In this document: positions 18,834 to 32,160 of the stretch, piece after piece
Layout of the letters: every line of letters begins with the position of its first letter
How positions within the stretch are numbered: position 1 is the stretch's first letter
Assembly: GCA_907165135.1 (NCBI GenBank)
Contig: OU015568.1
Span: 15,015,208 to 15,079,207, forward strand
DNA: 64,000 bases
Source: Oikopleura dioica
Lineage: Eukaryota > Animalia > Chordata
Reading direction: 5' to 3'
Notes under the pieces: generated by a model
Databases searched by the model: none
Told to the model about the DNA's origin: nothing
The model's input: only the letters and a program-made list of their open reading frames with translations
Position numbers and translations under genes: made by a program

Positions 18834-21800
18834 ATGAAGATTTTCGGATGCTGTCTTCTTTTGGACCTTGTTCACGCCAGCTTGAATTTTCATCGGAAAC
18901 CGGGATTAGTCGCTGAAGGAAATCGGTTTAATCGTTGTATCCGAGTCATAAGTAGATTTAAAACTTATAAATTTTTAAGGATACTAATGGCTTTCTTTAT
19001 TATTAAGGTCTAATTTGAGTCTTGCCACTTTTTAAATCTATCTTCGAAGCTACTAGTAGAATGAACCTTTGGCTGCTATATCATTCGAGAAGATTCTGCA
19101 TGAGACTCAATGAAAAATATACTTTATTTAATGACGCACGTGTTTTTTTTAATCGATATTAAACCGATCAAAGGAGCTAACTTTACGCTTGATGGTGAGC
19201 CAATTAGTTTCGGATTTTATAAGGATAGACTAGCCTTAGCTTGAAGGTGGAATTCCTGCTCTGGACATGTGAAGCTTTGAGTAAGGATGAGACTAGCGGC
19301 GAGTGTCAGATCAAAGCTTTAATATGATTTTTCTTTCCTTTGACCATGCAGTGTTTTCCTTTCTTAAACTCATACTCAAATGATATCAGCCTTTATTAAC
19401 AACGTATAATTGAAAATAACATGCTTAGCTCATAAATTATGAGTCATAATGTTAACGCTGATGTAAACATGTTTAAACATCGGTATATTCTATAGACTAT
19501 AGTTATACCATGTTTTAACTCATACTTTAACCATGATATCAACAAGGAAAACTTAGAAAATCCAAGTACAGGATCTTATCTGGATCGCTTCATTATTTCC
19601 GCGTCCCAAAAGAGTATTGGCGGGATCGACTTGAGAAACTGAAAGGTAAGACTCTTACTGTAGGAGTTTTGACAGATCGTGCATACTGTATGCAGCATAT
19701 AGTATAATCAGGGTATTGCTGCTCACTCCAAGTTGGAATTTACAATATTGACATAAATCGTTATTGGCATAAAAACTTTTGGAGAGTTCAATATTCTTTA
19801 TATCAATGAAATTGCTCATTGGGTATGGAATCACTGAACTGATCTACAGCAAAGTCAAATTAACATTCATTTAGGTGCTGGCTTGAATACTGTACAAACG
19901 TACATTGCATGGGTCAGTGGTGTCGACTTTTTATAGTTGAATAAGGCATTATAAAAATAGTTTTACACCGCTTATTAGAATCTCCACGAGCCCAGAGAAG
20001 GCGAATACATATTTGAAGATGAACTTGACATCTCAGGTTTAATAAACGCCGCGAAATTAAGTCGTCCAGTATTTTATTAGAGTTCCTGTCGATTGCGAAA
20101 GACGTTGGGTTGTATGTTATTATGCGACCGGGGCCGTACATTTGCGCTGAATGGGAATGGGGTGGCTTTCCAGCCTGGCTTCTGACAAAAGAAAATATGA
20201 TAGTGAGACAAACCAAAAGCCAAGCCTACCTAACTGCAGTGGAAAATTGGTTCGCAGTGCTCTTCAGCCAACTTCGAGATCATCAGTGGTCACGAAACGG
20301 GCCAATAATTTCGATTCAAGTAGAAAATGAATATGCTAGCTATAATAAAGACCCTGAATATCTTCCATGGGTAAAGAATTTATTACTGGATGTAGGAAAC
20401 GGTTTTTGCTCTCGTTAAAATCCTCGTTCATTGAACTCATTTGAAAGAAAAAGGGAAAACCTAATATGAGGGGCAACAGAACTTCTTTTTACTTCAGATG
20501 GACCGTATCAAATGTCAAGACCCGGTGCACACCTACTTCCTGACACCTTCCTCACAGCAAACTTTCAGTCTGTAGGAGACGCGTTTCAAGTCCTCGAAAA
20601 ACTCCAGCCGAATCGACCCAAAATGGTCTCTGAATTCTGGGCAGGCTGGTTTGATCATTGGGGACAACAAGGACACTCCACACTGGCTCCGGCGACGTTT
20701 AACAAAACAATGCGCGAAATTCTTAATGCCGGAAGTTCTGTTAACCAGTATATGTTCCACGGAGGCACTTCTTTTGGATGGATGGCTGGGTCGAACTGGC
20801 TTTCAAAGAAACAACGAGGGACGAGTGATACGACTAGTTATGATTACGATGCTCCGTTGAGCGAAAGCGGCGATATTACTGAAAAATGGAACATTACCCG
20901 AGAAATAATCAAGGAATATTTCCCCAGTTATGTCAACGATTCTTTCGTATTCAAACGGCCAGAGATCAAAAAATATGACAACGTTTCTGCTGGTTTCATG
21001 GCGGATATCTGGAATTTTCTGTCTCACAATGAGGAGATCCTGCGGTAGGGAAATAAAACTTTCAGCAACTGAATCAGAATTCAGCGATCTTGAATACGAG
21101 CAGCCGGCAGCATCTCAAGTCTCGTCGATGGAGTTTTTCAACGGTAAGAAAATCAGTGAACTTTACCTGATCAACAGTTGATTAGGGCAATATAGTTTGC
21201 CGTACGGTTACGCAATTTACCAAACGCTTGTCAATTGTGATCGCGAAAACGACATGAGCATTTACAATATACAGTCGGCGCTGAGTCCAAACATGACGCG
21301 TGTGACTATCTTCGTCGACAAGTTTAATATTTCCACCATCAATCTCCTTGACGATATCATCCCCGACGAGATCAAGTTCGACTGTCAAAACGGAGAGCAG
21401 AAGCAAATCAGCTTTCTTGCTGAAAACGCTGGCCGGGTGAATTTTGGTCAACTTGATGGCAATTTTGCTGGACTAACTGATACTCCGAAATTTACTACGT
21501 ATTTTCCACTGTCGCATACTTGGACGCAAACATCTTTACCTCTTAATGCACAGCAAATTAGAATGGTCAAGGCTCAAGAGTAATTATCATCTTTTTCGAA
21601 GTTTTTTTTATGAAAAATAGTGACGAAAACGCAAGTCTCCCAGGATTCTTCGAAGCGATTCTTTATATAAATGAAACTCAATCAGGTACATTTTGAACGG
21701 ATCAGTAAGTTGAGATTTCATAGGGTTTGACTTTCCACACGACACGTACATTGATTTCGGCAAATCTGGTTGGGGCAAAGGCGCTGTCTTTATAAATGGA

Positions 21801-22001
21801 AGAAATCTCGGAAGATATTGGCCATCTGCTGGTCCTCAGCAAACTCTATATTTGGTCAGTTGAGATGGTGTTTGTTAGATTTGACTGCTAGTTTAGCCTG
21901 GTCCGTGGCTGAAGGTTGGATACAATGACATCATGATTTTTGAAGAAGAGAAGATCGGTGGAAAGCTTGTTTTTTCGACTGAGCCCAGATGGTCGAAATG
22001 A
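18834..22001 (+). CDS. GLB1: Beta-galactosidase, glycoside hydrolase family 35 (multi-exon)
   Basis: [110 protein letters not shown]. Could be a GLB1L-type paralog. Confidence 0.93.
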
Positions 22002-22166
22002 ATAAACCGATTCAATAAAAATACCAAACTCTTCCAATGATTAGAATAATTGCACTTCTATTTCAGTTATTCAAGTGAACTAGTATATTTAGGTGTTTAA
22101 AAAACCGTCCTCGAAATAACCTCTCATTCTTTATAAACGTGATGCATCAACGAATTGATCATAAAG

Positions 22167-22736
22167 ATGAGAATCAAAAATTTCCTTTTTTCAGCCGTTT
22201 TTGCATATCAAGTTGACCAACAAGGTCAGCAAGGTGGTCAGCGAGGCCAACAAATCGAACAGAGAGGACAAGAAGGTGGTCAGCAGCCTCAACACTCTCA
22301 ACAACCTCCACAACATTCCCAGCAGCCCCCACAGCATTCTCTACAACGCCCACAGCTTCATCACCAGCCTCGGCAACAAGAAAATCGTCATTATCATCAC
22401 CACCATCAACACCAACAAGGACAACCTGGTCAATACGGTCATCAAGGAGGCCAAGGAGGTCAACATGGTCCAAATCAGCAGCAACACCACAGACATCAAC
22501 ACGATCATCAAAATGAACAACAGCGACAGAAGCAACAGTGGAACCAACATGGGCAACCTGGTCAACATGGTCATCAAGGTGGCCAAGGAGGCCAAAGAGG
22601 ACGACATGGTAATAATCATCAGCAGCAGCAAAAACATCAACATGATCGCCAAAACGATCACCAGCGACATCAGCAGAACTCACAAAGACCCCAGCAACAG
22701 AATCAACAGCCACAACAAAATCACGGAGGAAAATGA
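22167..22736 (+). CDS. Secreted Gln/His/Gly-rich low-complexity protein (~189 aa)
   Basis: Short hydrophobic N-terminus MRIKNFLFSAVFA followed by Q/H/G-rich sequence with a duplicated GQPGQ(Y/H)GHQGGQGGQ module. Confidence 0.65.
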   Translation: MRIKNFLFSAVFAYQVDQQGQQGGQRGQQIEQRGQEGGQQPQHSQQPPQHSQQPPQHSLQRPQLHHQPRQQENRHYHHHHQHQQGQPGQYGHQGGQGGQHGPNQQQHHRHQHDHQNEQQRQKQQWNQHGQPGQHGHQGGQGGQRGRHGNNHQQQQKHQHDRQNDHQRHQQNSQRPQQQNQQPQQNHGGK

Positions 22737-23067
22737 TTTTTGTCAGGTCAATTTTATCAAAAACTTGTTCTTGCATCTGAATAACACAACTTTTGTGTTG
22801 GAGACAACAACGACTTTTCTTCTCTATTTTATTACAGGACATAAAAATTTCAGCGAAAACAGCGAATAATTATAATTTTGCATCAGCTCTAATATTTTAC
22901 AAGTAAACAGATCTTATTATTGAAATTTTGAAGTGAATAAAAAATAAATATTTTAAAAACAGCTTTTGTTGGTTGAAAATACAGCTCGTTCAGCCAGCCA
23001 TTATGGTCGTGAAAGTCTTTGAAGCACCAGTGAGAAAATCAATCGAGAAAGGAAAGCAGAACCCCTC

Positions 23068-26000
23068 TCAAGTTGTAATTTGCATGGTCAGGAAGCATCT
23101 GTTCGCGCTGGTCGTTGGATTCTGCCCAAAATACACCTGAAACAAGTCGTTTTAGATTTAGAACGCGGACACTTTCACTTTCGCTCGAACCCGCGGGCCA
23201 TCCGCTGGGAACATCCGAAACTAGCGGTAAAAAGCAGCTGGCTGCTTACTTGTGTTAGATTACTTGTTGAAAAAATGAGTCAGAAAGTACCTGAATGTTT
23301 CGTTTCTTTTTCAAATCGAGCGCTAGAACTTCAAGCTGCGACAGTTTGAGAACCTCTCCATCATCAACAATGAAGATGCGGCATTTGGAAAGGCGATAAA
23401 GGAGCAAGCTGAATAAAATTGATTAATTTCAAAAGGCGGCGCATGAGAACTGACTTTTCATTCTCTCGCTTGAATATGAGCCCGTAGGTCATTGCTTTTA
23501 AAATTGCATTCGCAGCGTTGTTGAGTTGGGGTTGCTGGTTGTTTTTCATCGCAGGCAACACCATCTTAATTTTTCATGAAAAAGATTGATGGAAGTCTTC
23601 TTACCCGAGTAATCGCCTTTTCGCAAAACTCCTTGTTTGGATATTTGACCTTTAGTGGGTCTTTACTCGAGGTCAATCTGCACATGGCTCGTTCCCTTGC
23701 ATCCCAGGAAAAGACTTCCTTGCCGAAGTATTTGACAGAGAATCGAATATGCCTCGTCTGTTGCTGAAAAAGCTTCGCGACACAAGGGCGGATTGAGATC
23801 TTCTCAGTGTTGCCAATTTTCACCCCTTGTGGCAAAAGAGCCTTGACGATTATTTTCTGTCCGTTGACGGATTTGAGTGTTCTTGACACTGGTGGGGAGG
23901 ACTGAATCGTCGATGGAGGATTAAACGCGCTCCCACAGAACTCAGAAAGGGTAGGGCGAGGAGAAGGGGTGGAGAATTCCATCTCAGAGTCGAGGGGTGA
24001 CTCTGGCCGGAAATTTTCTGTGTTGGTGGATGTGGGAGAGTTTGTCGCGTAGCCATGGTCGAGTCGCTCGTCTATTTCGTTTTCCTTTGCCTCCTGAAAA
24101 CGGAGGATGAGGGCTTCCTTTCCTTTGTTGAAAAGAATCTTACCTTTGACCAAAGATGCCTTGGATAGATTTCATCCGTATCATTCTTTACAAGTTCCGG
24201 CAAGAGTTCATAAACCCTAAACGCTTCCGCTCCGTCGAGTTTCGACAAGTCTTTTCTCTCCAAAACGTCTGGCAGTTTATTCAACGCGCATCGAAGCCGA
24301 GTCTTCCACGTAGCCGGGTCGAACTTGTCAACTCCTTCGATGTACTTGCCACGGTGTTCGGCCCAGGCCTAGAAAGAAGCGCGTTTTAATCGATGGGATC
24401 GACGGGTGCTTAGATTTCTGAAGTGGGCCTTTCAATTCCCGGACATGATCATTTCGGTTTCAGTTTGACAGAATCAGCCCCCGGCACTCCCGCTCATGTC
24501 AAGCAGATGAGCACCCTTTTCAACAGCTCATTAGAGGGGACCGTAAAAATCAAATCATCCTTCTGATTTTTGATTCTTGATTTGAAATTTGAGATCTTCT
24601 TTCTGATCCTTTTTGCTCTTGCTGTCCCAAAATTGACCAACCAATATGGAAATTCTATTGAAGAATTAGAAGTTTTGCCAAGGAAGCTAACTGTAACCAA
24701 TTTCACGGGCTGTTAGTTTCCGTATATGTCAGTGCTACCGCGATCTTTTTGCGAAACTGGCCCGGAAAAAGAGCCAGCCACAAACTGATTTTGAAGTGAA
24801 AAATTAATCAACAAAGCATGTCTATCCGCCCCAAGCCTTTGACTTTTTGCAATGTTTGCAAATTAATTATTTTGTTTATTCTTTGTCGGTTACGGTTGGA
24901 GCAGCCCAAATAACCAACTTAGCGTGTGTGACATTTTCGGGCCTTCGTGAGCCGCCGCCTCGCCGAAACCGACCGTGGTAAAATGCAAAATATCACCAAA
25001 ACTGCCCGGAGAAGTACGAAATGTTAAGAGTATCTTCCCTGCCCAAGGCGTTGGCCAGAGACCTTTACAGCTTTGAGAAGCACATTTCCGTTAGCTGGTA
25101 TTTTAAACCGTGCCAAGAAGTCGAAAACGGACCGACTAAAGGGGGTCTTTCGTGACGAGATCTTGAAAATAGGGTGTCAAAATACCTGACCGACTTTATA
25201 CTCGATATCATTTCGCTTGGAGGCCCCTTAATTCTAGCGTGACATGAAGATATAAAGCCGTTTTCGGGTTGGGCATGCAGATGGGATTCTAATCAGTGCT
25301 ACACGATGTGGTTTGGTTGTTTATCGGTGGCGCGGAACATGAACCGTCTTTTATTGCCTAAATGCTCCGCCGTTATTCCGAAAGATCTATTCGTTTTAAG
25401 CTTTGTCCTTTTCAAGCCAAATCCGAGACACTCGGTGCCGAAACGACTAACTGAAAGTAAAACTGTCGGCTTTCCGCCGAGAAAGTAATCCGCAGCGGCT
25501 CAAGCGTAATCCAAGTCGACGGTGGAGTTACAATAAGAAACACTATCCGTCGAGAGGATTATTAGATGATGAAAAACTAGATCATATGTAGCATAAAAGG
25601 GGAGAAGAGAATGTTCTTGAACGAGTATTTTCTTCTAAATAAATACCCCTTTTGGCTTGTATTAGGTTCAGTCTTCGCGTTCTATTGAATTTTTCTATAG
25701 AGTCCATTGAGTAAGAACACCTTGAATGTCCCTAACCGATCATTTTCCAAAGTATTTTGGAAGGTATACGTTTTGCGGAACCTTTCGCGTCTAATTAAAC
25801 CGGGCAATCGAATATTCTTCGGATAAACGGGCCTCCCGAGACTGCCCGCGGCAATAACTATTTCCCGTCAGAACCGGTTAATTCAATCGGCAAATTTACC
25901 TTGAAGATGAGACAATCTTCCTCTTTCCAGCTAAACTTGCCAGCATGCTTCCATGGGATTCTGAAGACCGTCTTTTCTGTATTCACCCAGTAAAGACCTG

Positions 26001-26117
26001 GATACTTTCCGCTGAAAAACACCTTTTGAACAACGGCTTTCGCTTGCTATCTTACCTATCGATCATCTTCTCAAGCCAAGGGCGAAGTTTTCGAGGGTGT
26101 CTCTCATCGTCTGACAT
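23068..26117 (-). CDS. Interferon regulatory factor, IRF4/8/9-like (DBD + linker + IAD), multi-exon
   Basis: Exons 26117-26056, 26011-25900 and 24368-onward give LRPWLEKMIDSGKYPGLYW...FRIPWKHAGK...KAWAEHRGKY...TWKTRLRCALNKLPD (five Trp). The C-terminus matches the IAD (FSVKYFGKEV..CRL, YRLSKCRIF, KLSQLEV, VYFGQ). Last exon boundaries are approximate. Confidence 0.9.
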
Positions 26118-26864
26118 TCTCTCTTGCAACCAAAAATACGAGAGGAGAAAAATCTGCCACCGGCGGCAGTTAATTATGGAGTGAGATCGAGTGGATTAGT
26201 GTTCGAGGGGCTTCACGGAGAGAGAGAGCCCGCGGCGGATCACCGACTTCTCCACCACCAAGTGGTCGCCACCGACGCCACTTGCCGAAACCACCCAAAG
26301 AACAGCGCTCTAACGCCGCAGGAGCTAACTAACTACCGATTCTTTCAACCTTTCGAAGTCTATTTGATCTTGAACTCCGCCTAAAGGATCTTGTTTGATG
26401 ATTTTAATACTTAGATCTCACGTATTGTATTAATTTTGCCCAGTGATATGAAAGATTTGGAAGAACAGCATTAAAGAAAGCATATTTTTTAAATAGAAAG
26501 ATACCTTTTCGTTATCACTCCTCATAAAATCGTACGTAAATCTGCATTTTTAGTTGATCTATCAATTTATCATGTTGTTCCTTTCCCTAATTTTCAAGTG
26601 CAGTGGTGCTTCAAAAGTCCACCTCCTTTTGATCACCATTATTCGCGCCCTCCAAGGAAAAAATCACGCGCTAACTGCTCCTGCAAATTTGTTGGTAAAT
26701 TCTTTGTTCCTGATCTGATAATGATCTTTTTTGCTATAAAAGAGAACTCACAGCTTCAAAACGCACCAAACAGGATATGCTTTGAATTTATTGTTGTCTA
26801 TAACATGTAACGGTTATCTATTGCTTCTGTTTGTTTCGAGAGTGGCATCCACTGGCAGGAGAGA

Positions 26865-27211
26865 TTAATTTTCCGCTTGCTCGCTCTTGGGAACGACCAG
26901 TTGTTCCAGCTTGTGGCCCTTAGCTTCCAGCTCGGCTCGGAGCTAGACAAAATGCTGATGACTTTTTTGATTTCCGTTAGTTGATCAAACCTGAATGGAG
27001 AAGTCGTCTTCAATATTGTCATCTTCCCAGTTCTCTTCCCAGACTTCATCGACCTTCTCGTCTGAATAAAAATTAACAACAGATCTAAAAAGATCATCTC
27101 ACCATCGTTGACTTGCTTCCAGTCTTCAGCAGGGAATTCCTCGAATTCGTCATCCTCTTCGAGAACTCCGAGATCGTGTTGCTTCTCAACCTTGAGCTTC
27201 GAATCGGCCAT
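26865..27211 (-). CDS. SEM1: 26S proteasome subunit SEM1/DSS1 (3 exons)
   Basis: DLGVLEEDDEFEEFPAEDW ... [24 protein letters not shown]. Confidence 0.95.
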
Positions 27212-27455
27212 GATGATTTTTTGCTAGTCTCTGAATACAAAACTCGCTGTTACTTTTTTTTTAAATATTATCATTCGTGTAAGGGAGGGAATCTTGCTGA
27301 AGCCAAGAAGTGAACAAATGTTGTTTTCGATAAAAACGCACACAAAGCATATTTCAAAGTTTTATAATACAGCGACGAAGAAAGGCGAAGGGAGGGAGAA
27401 CGCATTTTCCAAGCGAGAAGAATTTTTTATTGGTGACGGGTGGTGGATAGGCTCT

Positions 27456-28373
<918 letters not shown>

Positions 28374-28413
28374 TTATATAGTAGGTGACAATAGCGGGAT
28401 AGAATTCTGTTGA

Positions 28414-31400
28414 TCATTCAATCGCAGTTTTACTCTTCCATTTCTTGTGTGTCATAAAATGAGCCACGCACATGAGCAGTGTAAGGCTCAGAAACATCTA
28501 AACACGGATGTTATTGACAAATTATTTCTGACTGAGGTTTTACCAAAAGGGTGATGGAAAAGTAAGAGATAGATAGGCCAACATCCATCCAGCTACCGTC
28601 GTCTCTCACTTGGAAGAAGAATATGAACGCCAAGAGGTCCGAAAAGATAACAAGGAAGTGAAATATTGCTGTGAATGGAATGTTGAGAAGTCTAAACGAA
28701 TTTCCGCTTGGAGACATAGAAGAGTAGTGTTTCTTACCTGATAATGATAAGAAATGCAACACAAACAGGAAGAAATGGCAGAATGACTTTGAAGAAGAGC
28801 AGGAATCCCATAAGAAACGGATTAAAGACATGAACAAAAGGTAAAATTGAGCTGGGCGAGAAACTATTCAGATTGGCTACATTTCCACAGCCAAAGAAGG
28901 CCATCATAATAAAGTAGATAAATGTGAGCGAGCGCCGAACATCGTCTTTTTTGAACTTGCCAATTTCTGAAAACAGCGACGATTTTTCTTTGAAAGAAGC
29001 TTATTTGAGTTCAACTTCCGAACATTGCTTATGTTATGTTGGCATATGGTCCAGATATGACCAAATGTCTAAGGAGCACTTATCATTTAATCTCTAAACT
29101 CATTTCCTGAGTCGAACGTGGCTAGTGGAATTTCGACTCTCATCCACTCGCTAAGCGACCAGACCAAAATCATGTGAAACAGTCCTTCGTAAAATGTCGA
29201 AAGGAGACAATATAGGGAAAAGCAGCTGATGGAAATCGCCTGGAATCTAGCAACCATATCGAATGTCTCCAGGAATGGAAAGATCCATGAGAGGGTGAAG
29301 ACCATCCATGAGATATAGATTGGGAGGTCTTTTCGAGGATAAGAGTTTCATGACATGACGAAATCGAGAGAGACCGGATCCCGGATACTGGACAGATTCC
29401 GTCATGATCTGGCCTCGGAATTCTGACCTGTCTAAAAACCTGAAACAGGTCCTGTTTCCTGTTTTTTGGACCCTGTCCTGTTTCCTGTCTTGCATTTCGA
29501 GACCAAAATAAACCTGTTAACAGGCCTGTTAACAGGAAATACAGGAAATACAGGAAAACACGCCTGTATACAGGAACAGCCCTGTAAAAGTGAAACAGGC
29601 CTGTAAAAAAATTGCAGGAAAACAGGCGAGAAATGGGGAAGATCAGGTATTTTTCGTAAAAATTTTCTTGGAATTTCTTTCAAATATGTTATAAAGAACC
29701 TTTTATAGTTGAAAATGTCTATAGACATGATTATAACGAGAAAAAAAATCTTAATTTTGATTCTTCAAGGAAAAATTAAAACCCTGAAATTTGAGTTTAC
29801 GGGCCTGCAAAGCCTGTGTAACCTGTAAAACAGGACCTGTTCCTGTGTTTTTTATCCTGTCCTGTTTCCTGTCTTGCAAATGGGCCAAAAAATAAAATCC
29901 CTGTTCCTGTCCCTGTTCCTAATTACAGGATTCCGAGGCCAGGTCATGATTACTTTTCCCTATCCTGGAGGCTGAAGAGAGAAAAGATCTGCAACACATA
30001 TGAGTGTTTGGCTGAGTAAGCTCAACCAAAGCAAAAGATTCAATAATCCTTTTGTGCGCAATTTGCTCGTGAATGTTGAAAATTGAAGCAGAACGGCTCC
30101 GATAATTAGGGAAACAACAACGACCCATCGGTGGATTCCGGAGTCAGTAATAGACTATTACTAATAGTCGGCAGCATCGGGAAAATCGAAAGACTTCCAA
30201 AAGATATGTACAAAGAGGGTCGGACATATTTTGAAGTAAGAAGTGAATATAAGAAGGGAAAGGAGACGAATACTAAAAATTGGCAATCATCGAGCTTTTT
30301 TCATTAATCTTACTGAGAGACAAGAACCATCTGTAGTTGAAAATAAGCGTCGTTATAAATGCAAGGAAGCTGGTAGTGAAAATAAGTTTGATAAGATTTA
30401 GCGGTCTTGCTGACAGAATTAACTTTTGTCTGGTTTCTAAAAAGAATTTCTCTGAAAAACGAATCAACTCTAAGAACCAGTTCCTGGAGAATGACTTTGG
30501 AATAAAACGAGAAGAAATAGATTGATATCAACGCTGCAAAACTCCAAAATGAGTTTCGAAGGCTCAGTTTATAGACGATAGGAATGAGAATAAACGGCAA
30601 CGCTGTAAAAACAAAGATTGGCAAGCTAAAATGTCGCATAAGAATATAACTAAATGCTTATGATAAACCTGAATTTTGGTCGGCGCACGTCATCAGTCAG
30701 AAATCGCCCACAAAGGCCTACTGAAGTTAGCTGCCATGCGACCATCATCGAGATTACTAACGTAGACAAAACCGGTCTCAATGCTCTGTGGTGAAAGAAA
30801 ATCCCTTCCACCACATCCTTCAAGGTCTCTGTCTCTAAAAGACCCGAATTTTCCGCTTCAATAATCTTCTCAATCGAAAGCTTTTTGTAGGGGATCCCAG
30901 AGGATCTCGACTTTGCCTCGTACTGATGCCAGAGCTGCCTCAAATTCGTCGCTTTGAGCATTGCTAGATTTTCTTTTGACGCATTGAATATGGAAAACGG
31001 AGCAATGCCGATGGAGTTTGCTGGCAGTGAAGTTCCCAGAAGGAGAGAAATCGTCGGAGAAATGTCGATTTGTCTGATATCATCATGGGCAGGAGTGTGA
31101 AAAGATTCGCATGATTCGAGATCCTGGAAATGACGTATTCCAGAACCCCAAGCAATAAATGGAGTGACTGTTTCGTCCTCTGAGCCTGAACCATGTGAGC
31201 CCCATTCCGTCATGCCATGGTCAGATGTAACAACAAACGCTGTTTCATCATCTTGGAAAAAATCATTGACGATGCGTTCGACGTTCTTGACGATTTTGTC
31301 AACAACATCGACATTGTTGACGTATTGTGGGGATTGTGGACGATGTGCATGTCCGTTAGTGTCTGTTCCAAGAAGATGAAGGAAAAATATGACACCATCT

Positions 31401-32070
31401 TGGTGCACCGAAGCTGGTGGATCCTCCATAAACGCTTGAAACTGATCTTCCACCCAAGTATCGAGGTAGTCTGCGTTCGATGCCGAGAAGTCCTCTAACT
31501 CTTCAGAATAAGTGACGCCATGGACGTGGCTAGGCTCGGAAAATATATCGACGATGTCTGGGCTGCCAAAGGCCCAAGCTTCCGTGCTTAATAAAGTCGT
31601 GAGTATTCGAGAATAACGTTGTTTTTACCTCTTATTCAAGACTGTGTCGAATGGAACTGGATTTTTCTTCCACCCTGCCATGACAGCGGAAACGTCCTCG
31701 CCGAACCCACCGAGGAACGCCACGTGGCCAGGTCTAGACTCTGTCGGCAGCTGGATAGGAAAATTTCACAAAGTTACAGGTTTCCTTCAGCTCAAACCTG
31801 TGTTATAGACCTAGCATAGACTCCTTGATTACAAGCTCTTCCCAAGATATGCTTCGCTCGGAATTCGCCTTCTTCATTTTTGAGCACAAAGGTTCTATGT
31901 CGCATACCATCGATGGACACAATAACAACTCGCTTTGCAAGAGGCTTATTTTTCGGCGGAAGGGATTCCAAACCGGTAATGATCGGGGAAGTCAGAAAAA
32001 TTTCGAAAATCGAGAAAAAGAAAAGAGCATGAAGAATAAAAGTTACGATTACGTATTGTCCAAACTTCAT
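28414..32070 (-). CDS. PIGN: GPI ethanolamine phosphate transferase 1, multi-exon
   Basis: [103 protein letters not shown]. Confidence 0.93.
29409..29942. mobile_element. Non-autonomous DNA transposon (hAT-like MITE), 534 bp, in a PIGN intron
   Basis: 17-bp TIRs CTGGCCTCGGAAT(T/C)CTG, 8-bp TSD GTCATGAT at 29401-29408 and 29943-29950, and many internal CCTGT/ACAGG repeats. Confidence 0.85.
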
Positions 32071-32160
32071 TCTATAAATATGATTTTATTAAATTCAGCT
32101 GAATTATCTGTATTGAATTGCACTAGAAGAATAAAATTTTGAACAGCAAAATTTTTAAGG

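Noticed and set aside
19350-19555. AT-rich intronic stretch with short inverted ends and internal palindromes
   Set aside because: Only ~9-bp terminal match and no clear TSD, so it cannot be called an element.
22174-22869. Long overlapping ORFs on other frames of the Gln/His-rich gene (also the shadows at 6321-6791 and 58208-58774)
   Set aside because: Typical stop-poor shadow frames of low-complexity coding DNA, with no independent start or motif support.
23364-23850. BEN-domain-like resemblance in the IRF C-terminus (would imply a novel IRF-BEN fusion)
   Set aside because: The same residues and the following exons align better and colinearly with the IRF association domain (Y.G..V...CRL, RL.KC.IF, KL...EV, YFGQ).
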